In this document: positions 56,036 through 64,000 of the stretch, in pieces
Layout of the letters: the number at the start of each line of letters is the position of its first letter
How positions within the stretch are numbered: the stretch's first letter is position 1
Source of the DNA: Antedon mediterranea
Lineage: Eukaryota; Animalia; Echinodermata
Direction of reading: 5' to 3'
Assembly (NCBI RefSeq): GCF_964355755.1
Contig: NC_092680.1
Location: 6,572,001-6,636,000, forward strand
DNA length: 64,000 nucleotides
The notes under the pieces: generated by a model
Seen by the model: the letters and a program-made list of their open reading frames with translations, nothing else
Databases searched by the model: none
What the model was told of the DNA's origin: nothing
Translations under genes and position numbers: made by a program

Positions 56036-58304
56036 AAAAAAAAAATTAATACCATTGTCCAATAAGATTATTTATTACTTTTATGTAATATTTTTCTTAG
56101 TAAGTGATTTAAAATGTGACCAAAACTGCTAGTTCTAGTATATATTAGTTAATAATTAGTTTGCGAACTCCTACTGTAGTTTCGCATGAAAGGTTTTCCA
56201 GATTTGACAGTTTGTAGACCAGTTGAAAAACTCTGAAGTTTTGGAACAAGCACGTTTGTAGTCATCCTGCAGAATGGATTTCTGCTAAAAACGTAACAAA
56301 TTGGTTATGCTGTCAACAAACCCAAAATTGATAAATTTTCAAATAAATCTTAAAAGGCTGTACAGTTATAATAAAGATTCTGACCCAGTTTAAAAAAAAA
56401 ATGCTGTGCCAATTGGGTAAAATAAATTTTTTTTTTTGGATAGGCTTTATCAGAAATCCTAATTTGCATCTTAGGTGCAGATTTTGTTTCCATTATCTCA
56501 GATTTTCCAATTGTCAGTGTTTATCTCAGCATTCTGTTTCTCTCTTTCCGTTAACATTATATGTATTACTGTATTATATACGGTACTATTCTAAAAAATA
56601 TATATTTATTTTAACATCAAACTAATAAGAAATTTGAAAACTAATAACAAGAGAACATTGCTTTTGATACATCAATTCAAAACCTTCAATCTCTTGAATA
56701 GATGGTTTCATTCCATACATTGGCAAATACAGCTCGCTACTAGATGAGTCAGGAAAGCCATAAAATGCCAACTATGTGACTAATACAAAAATCAAAACTA
56801 ATTCAAATTGTCTTGTATACACACAAGAACATGCAATATATTGCTTTAATAAACTTTGGCAATATAAATGTAATGTTTTTTTAAATTATTCCAATTGCAA
56901 TGGCACAAGCAATATACACTTTCTTGCAGGGGGTCAGAATTGTTTTAAGCTTGTTTTCCACTATGCAAATTTATTCGCACAAATTGTGATGGTTTACGTG
57001 CATGTGTACACTATAATAAAATCCGGAATAAGGAACAGGTCAATTCAGTTCAGTGAAATTAGCAGTTTGTTTTTACTTTTTGCGATGTGAAAAAGTATGC
57101 AACCAATCAGAGCTCAACAAATGAGATGAAATTTGCTCCTGTAGTATGAAAAAAAGAGGGTAGCATTAGAATTATATCATGATCAGAACATGGGATATCA
57201 AGATATTTGGGACTTGTGAGCATGCATATAGTGTGTGTTACAGTCTCTAGTTTGTTTATATTTCGTTCCACACCATTCATGCATGTATCATGTGTAAACC
57301 AATCTTTTAAATGTCAAATGGAATAAAATAAATTCTGAGCATACATATATAAATAAAATACATTTTTAATAACTTAGTAGATAAATATAACAGGCCTATA
57401 TTGTCGGATTGAAGTGGCATGCTGTTTTATGTGTATGACAAATTTGATAAACTCAATAAAATGGTGTGCAAATACAGAATGAATGCTTGGGGAGGGTTAA
57501 TCTGCACCCATGGGCTTATTCTAGTTTATTAATACATTATTCATTCTTTTCCTTTAAGCTGGAGACATTTAGGAGTCAGCAGTTTTAATACATATTTAAA
57601 ACCCTACAAGTAACTGTCCTTGAATTATACAGCATACACATCTTCTTGATTTTAGAATTTCTCACATTTTCCGATAAATCATGAATTATTCGGTCATTCT
57701 CATTGCAAACCAAAGTGCATATCTAAGCCAGGAGTTATTCCATAGAATATGTTTTATACACCATGCATAGTCGTTGCATGTTAAATATGCCCAAGGCTAA
57801 GAAACCATTAAAATGAATGAAACTGCGCATTAGGTGTAAGATCATTGAGATAACTTGCTGGACCATGCTATTATTTAGTTCCATTTGATGCGAGAATTAA
57901 TGAATGATTAAAACTAAGGAATTGCCTTGGGCTTAAATCCTGCAATTCATCCGCAAACAATTTCTAAAATCTGAATAAAACCCATAAATAATATTGATAT
58001 GAAATAAATACGTTGTGATGAAAGCAAAAGAACACATTAATACCAACAATCAGTTTAAAGATGGGAAATTATACAGAAAGAAACAAGTCTTTCAATGTAT
58101 GTATATTAATTAACAGTATTTAAGCTAAATTAATATGGTTTCACACTGAAGTTATGAAAGTAAAACATTGTTCACTTTATACAGAATGCTCTACAAATTA
58201 AAAATGTATAAAGTGATAGCGCCCCCATTGACAAATAAAGTACACTAGAATGATACAATAAGTAATAACTGAAAATAATAGTAGCTCGATCATACCTTCT
58301 CTTC

Positions 58305-58461
58305 AGCTCTGTCTACACTATCTAATAACTAGTTTGCCAAAAAATGTGTTATGTGCCCAAATATGGTAGTGATATGCTTAAACAAGTGATGTGACATCCA
58401 TCATGTCCATATGGGCACATCATATTTTGTTCTTACCCAGATTGATAGTGTAGACAGAGCT
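58305..58461. mobile_element. MITE
   Basis: TIR agctctgtctacactatc / gatagtgtagacagagct; internal atgtgccca/tgggcacat inverted pair. Confidence 0.8.
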
Positions 58462-61400
58462 TTAAGGGAAAAAAATAAGTTGCATGCCTGTATGTTTTGA
58501 ATAATAATAATATATAAAGAGGCTATAAATTTCAAGTGGTTACTTAATTGCTATCACCAAATTTCTCTTTTGACTTATATAGAAATCCAAACATACTTGT
58601 TATTTCTAAGATGTGTCAAGTTTAATGGATCATCGAGGGTAGATGAGCCTGGTTACCAGAGTTAGTTGCACCTAGTATAATAGTAAAATTATATATTATA
58701 ATAATAGTAAAATTAGGTAAACTGTACTGACAAATTTATAGAATCAAGAATAGAAAATTCACATTGGAGTTCAATTAGATACGGACTGTACTAAATCATT
58801 ATACTCCATATAACAATGTCAATTATGTTATCATATGCAATTTCTCAATGAAAGCCACTAAATATGGTATGCAGATATTACCTGCTTAGGTAACATATAA
58901 CATTTAATATCATTATATTTTTCGATTATATTTTCCAGAAGCGTAGTAATAATAGTAGAATGGTAGTCATGTGATTTCACATTTACATATTTAATTTACG
59001 CAGGCTATTAAATATAAAATATTAGGCTATAATCACGCAATTATATAATTAATATATAGCACAATAATATGATACCATATGTGCATTTGTATGTAAAAGC
59101 ATTGCGAGATCTGCTGATTAATATTCATTTGATTATCCATAAATCAATTATATAGTCTTTACAAATATGAAATATTGGCATCATCCTAATTGATGTCTCA
59201 ATTTAATACTTTTATGCAATTTAAATCTAAGACCTAAAAAAGACAATAGCAAATGTATTAAATTGATAGTTACAGATATAAGTATTTTTTATTTCACATA
59301 ATCCAATCATGTTTATGATTCATGGATGTAAAATGACAGTATGATATTATAACAATGTAAAGTGTTATACCATACCTGAGTGTATCCTTACTCTTTGATT
59401 GGTTATTTCGTATCATGTGGTTAGTGTTAGTTCTGTTGATTATCATTAAAAATAATATTTATTATTACTATTGCATACTCAGTTTTCAAAATGTTGAGAA
59501 TGTTGTGCCACCTTATACTTGTTACTGACATTCGAAAACCAAATAGTAGTGTATGACATCTATAAATGTTCTACCTCATGATCAAAATCCGATTTGATAT
59601 AGCCTAGTCTCTCCTATCTAACTTACTTACAATATTCCAGATGGAAAGAGTAGATTTGAATAAAGATTTAGTAGGTGTGTTTATAAAACAAATAATATTC
59701 TCTCCATTCTACTCATAAACATTTAATTTTTGATACAATCAAGCTTCTCAAATATTCAAATTTCACTCTCATAAGGTTAACTTCCTATAACCTTTTGCAT
59801 CATTATAATTAATTACTCAAATTTTTTTTATCGCATTAATTTCTTATATATTGGGTGAAAAAATACAAATATTTATTGTGAATTACCAACCGAGGTGGAG
59901 TTGTCTAAATTGTGAAAAATAATATTCACAGCCCACCCTGAGCCACCAACAGTGAATAATTATTATTATTTGTAATTCACTATATTTAAAAATTCCATTC
60001 ACGAAAGTTATTAATATAAATTTTCTTGCATTTTAATTATCATAAATAAAATCACTTTAACTGTTAAATGAAATATTCTTACAAATTTTATGTTCTGTAC
60101 TGAAAGTATAGGCGCATCATTTAGATATATATCGATCAGCTACTTATACATAATTGGACATATCTGAACACATACTGTCGCTGATGCATTCTGTTCACGG
60201 TCCATTTAGCAACACTATCATGTACTCTGGCTATACTGTTGAAATATTTAATTCTGCACACACAATACAGCAATGAAAGTCTCGGGGGAGAGCGAGGCTG
60301 AGAGGTACGATGGATTACCAGCTCATACGCGAGATGATCATAATATTCAACGAAGCATGACTGAAATGAAACGGCAAGATATTAGTGCTACTTGCTGCGA
60401 AAACGTGAAACCTCTAGTGATTTAGTTTATACTAATATTCATCGAATGATAAATCGACCGCTATTGCCGACCTCGGGAGACCAACAGAAGAACGACAAAT
60501 GACGCATGAAAGGTGCAAAGTTACTGTTTGAAGTTAAACATTAATTCTCATCTTTCATATCTCAAGGGGGAGAGGTTCTCAATAAATACAAAGGTATTAA
60601 TATTTTTACATTTAAAATCCAAAACAAAAACCCTGTCTTTGCATAGTTTTTGTTCATTTAATATTCTGACTGATATAATAAAATATTTCTTAAATTTTCT
60701 ACAATATTTTTATGGGTTTATTTTTTATTCAATAATTGAATATGTAATGTACGTATGGAAACTAATTTTATTCAAACAAATATTTTGTATTGTATGTATG
60801 CTGAAAGCCCAGAAGAAGTAAAAAAAAAAAATGAAGCCATACTGTTTTTAATATTTGTAATGTATCATTTAGGCGTATTATTTTTTAATTTATGAAAATA
60901 AAATTTTGAGAAAAATGGACAAGGTTTTCTAAAACAAAATTAGCCTGAAGGAGCTAATATTAACATACAATAGCAAAAATAGTGCTAAGCTACCAATTAC
61001 TAGGAAATCTGAAAGCATAATCAATACTTAAACTGACCAATTATCAACAGTCGGCACCCAATCAATTAAAGAGTTTAAACTTTTTTATATCTTTAGGCAA
61101 ATTGTCAAGCAAATTCATTCACTATCCTTCTTAAAGGTGGCAATCCTGTTAACAAGACAAACATATTATATACACAAGATGCTCTACATAAATGATACTT
61201 ATTACAAGTCTTTGGGAGTGGAGTTGTAATTTGTCAATTTGAAAAAATCCTGACATCTGGGATTGGTAGCCAAGCATCATAACCACCAAGCAACTTGTTT
61301 CTACATTTATGTTTTGATATAGTTTTAGTCTTTCCTAACCATTGGATTTTCCTAATTTGGATAATAAAGTTGTTTAAATCTTCAACTTTATTTATTTAAA

Positions 61401-62557
61401 AAAAATTTATTTAAAAACTTATTTAGACGGGATAAAAACATATCAGGTATAGATATTTCACCTGTTTTACATATGGTCCTGTTTCTTTTAGCAATAGATT
61501 AAAAACATTCATAAAAGACATTAAAAAATAATTAAAATAAAACTTTAACTTCAATCTTGATGATCACATAAAAAATGATCACTTCATGCCAATAGAAACG
61601 TTCCTTTGACTTTCAAAATTTCTTCTTTTTCTAACAATCTTTAGTAGAGAGATTTACCATAAAATAAATCAAATTAGGACTACAATGTTGCAGATTACAT
61701 TTATGAGAGAGGTAATTTCCTTTGGGAACTTTACACATTTTACTGGAAAAAGTCATATCAAAATTCATGACTTGGCTCAGTTAACAAATCTCAAATTACA
61801 ATGAACAAAAAGTGTGATAAAGAATAAAACATTAATTTCTAAAATTATGTTCTTCTTCCTTCTTCTAGTAGCAATTACTTCATAGTTGAAGTCTACTGTT
61901 CCACTGGCTATAGCTGTTGCAATTCTGTCTTTTTCTTGTATTAGTGTGTGGTGCACATAGACAGTATAACGTTATCATCATATGGCACGACATTGCAAGT
62001 GAAATCTTTTAATAAGATTACAAAGATCTCTATTCTGTTTAAATCCACCTCTGAGTATAGGCATACTATAGTTTACAATATACAGTAGGCCTACTGCTAG
62101 TCAACACGTTACTCCATAAATAGAACCTCATCACTTTAAAAATGTGTCTACCTAAAATCTTATAAATATCACAAATCAACTGAAAGATTACTCAATACTA
62201 TGCAGATTCAGGGGTGGGTGCTGGAAGTATGTATGTAGTACAATATGTAAAAATGAATTGGGGTGTGTGGGAAAGTCAAAACAATGATGAACCCACCTCC
62301 ACCTATCTGAATCTAGACTTCTACTAAAGCACATATTTTCTATATAATAGTCTATTGGAAAACATACACATGGTATCACATGACCTACCGTATCTAATTG
62401 TATAGCTCCAAATGGTATTCACAAAAGGTTGCCACCTACACAATACCACGTCAGCATGGAAATTTGGAAATTCCAAAAATCTACTTAACCGTAACACAAC
62501 ATTGATTCACAGTGCTTAAATAATTGTAGCTTCTAGATTAAAAATAGTGAGGTAAAT

Positions 62558-62749
62558 ATGGATGTAGAACGAGGATTATGTTGGAAATGTCATAAGAATG
62601 CCACAAAGAAATGCAGTGAATGTAAGATTGGAGAATACTGTGGAGATCAGTGTATGGATCGTGACAAGTTGAGACACAAAGCAGAATGTGACATGTGGAA
62701 TGAAAAAAAGGAGTGTACATACTGTCACACAAAGACAAAATGCAAAGTG
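62558..62749 (+). CDS. MYND zinc-finger / DUF4470-like protein, first coding exon
   Basis: MDVERGLCWKC...CSEC...YCGDQC...HKAEC (MYND pattern), then CTYC starting a second finger; GTG/gtaaga donor, 192 nt. Confidence 0.85.
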
Positions 62750-63162
62750 GTAAGACACACAACCTTAATATGTTTAGTATTATATTATTATATTATTAAT
62801 TAATGAACTTATAATTCATATATTTACAGTACAGAGCCATATATATAATATATTCTGGTATGGGCAGATGTTAGATTTGGTGGTATTTGGGTGCAAAAAG
62901 ACAAAAAAAATTGTATAGACTTTGCTATTGAGTCTATCTATCGATAGTCTAGTGCCCATAGTATAAAACCAGCAGAAAAACAGTTATTAGATTTTTAGGC
63001 CTCAAAACTATGCTAATTATTATAATATATGTCTATCAGATTTATGGTTGGCTGGTTGTCTTTTTTTAAATCAGATTTTAAATGGATTTTGTACTCTGAT
63101 TTTTAATTTGTTGGGCCAAATAAAGTGATTAAAATAAATATTTATTATCATATTTTCTAAAG

Positions 63163-64000
63163 TGTGCTGCATGCAAAGAAGCTACATACTGCAAACATGA
63201 ATGTCTAAAGAAGCATTGGCCATCTCACAAAGAAGAATGCAAACAAATCAGGAAGATAGTGAAAGAACGAGCAAAAGGTTACAGATGCAAATTCCAATTT
63301 AACAAAGGAATGCAACGAATGAATGATTATCCTTATTATATCGGCAACACTCTTGCTGTTGATGTACTGAAACTGGGCCTCAATGAAGCAGCACCAACTT
63401 CAGAAGGTACTGATTCAGAATTGGCAGGAGATTACAACATCTTACTTGCAGGAGTTGGAGATTTGCGTAATCTTTTATTGACAACAGCATCCCTTCCAAG
63501 CAACTTCACTGGCAAAGTTGGGTTTACTCTGAATGACATTGATCCATTTGTTTTGGCAAGAAATATACTTTTCTTATACATTATCATAACTCAAAGTTCA
63601 AGAGAATCTATCGAAACATCAATCACAAATATCTGGTATTCTCTACAACTTCCTGAAACAGATTTCCAGCTTCTTATGTCAGCTCTGGATGAACTTCTAC
63701 AACACACGGTAGCAACTTTGAAGGCCAAGACATGTGGTCATCTTATTTTAGAGGAGGATGATTTAAACATCATGAAAGAGGTGTGGGGTAAATGGAGAGA
63801 AATGGAATGTGAAACTGCAAAGGCTAATTCTGTTAATTTGTCAGGTCAGAGATCTGAAATGTTTAGACGTGATCCTAAAAGTTTTGATGGGATGTTAGAA
63901 TATAAAAATAAGATTCCACGAAGGTACAGACAATCTGCAAAACAGTACTTTAGTGATGGACTATTCCTGCCACAAAATATAAATAGAAAGAAGTTAAACT
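63163..64000 (+). CDS. MYND / DUF4470-like protein, exon 2 (runs off the window)
   Basis: aag acceptor, CAACKEATYCKHECLKKHWPSHKEEC completes MYND 2; YYIGNTLAVDVL..NE, ILLAGVGDLRN and LNDIDPFVLARN are DUF4470-type motifs; frame open to window end. Confidence 0.85.

Noticed and set aside
59860-60620. GC-richer block with partial inverted motifs between the two genes
   Set aside because: No clear termini, TSD or ORF; cannot distinguish a repeat from a regulatory region.

Overview
AT-rich, intron-rich animal (invertebrate) genomic DNA, not prokaryotic. The main feature is a complete groucho/TLE co-repressor gene on the minus strand. I reconstructed it by hand as 22 GT-AG coding exons from 52119 to 19981, totalling 2367 nt or 788 aa (Q, GP, CcN, SP and WD40 regions), including 14-nt and 27-nt microexons and an unusual 14x Arg-Asp/Glu tract. 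A divergently oriented MYND-finger plus DUF4470-like gene starts at 62558 and runs off the window. Downstream of groucho (1-18 kb) lies decayed mobile DNA: an Academ (XPG-type) transposon carrying a young 5'-truncated L1/Tx1 LINE with a 15-bp TSD, a ~105-bp minisatellite, a ~190-bp doubly palindromic tandem array, a CR1/L2 remnant and a deleted Polinton/Maverick (pPolB plus packaging ATPase). The introns hold several MITEs, including an inverted pair bracketing exon 4. I found no clearly new biological system. The best leads are the palindromic array/Polinton composite, the inverted MITE pair around exon 4, and groucho isoform or translation-control features. Family calls rest on motif recognition by eye, without database searches.
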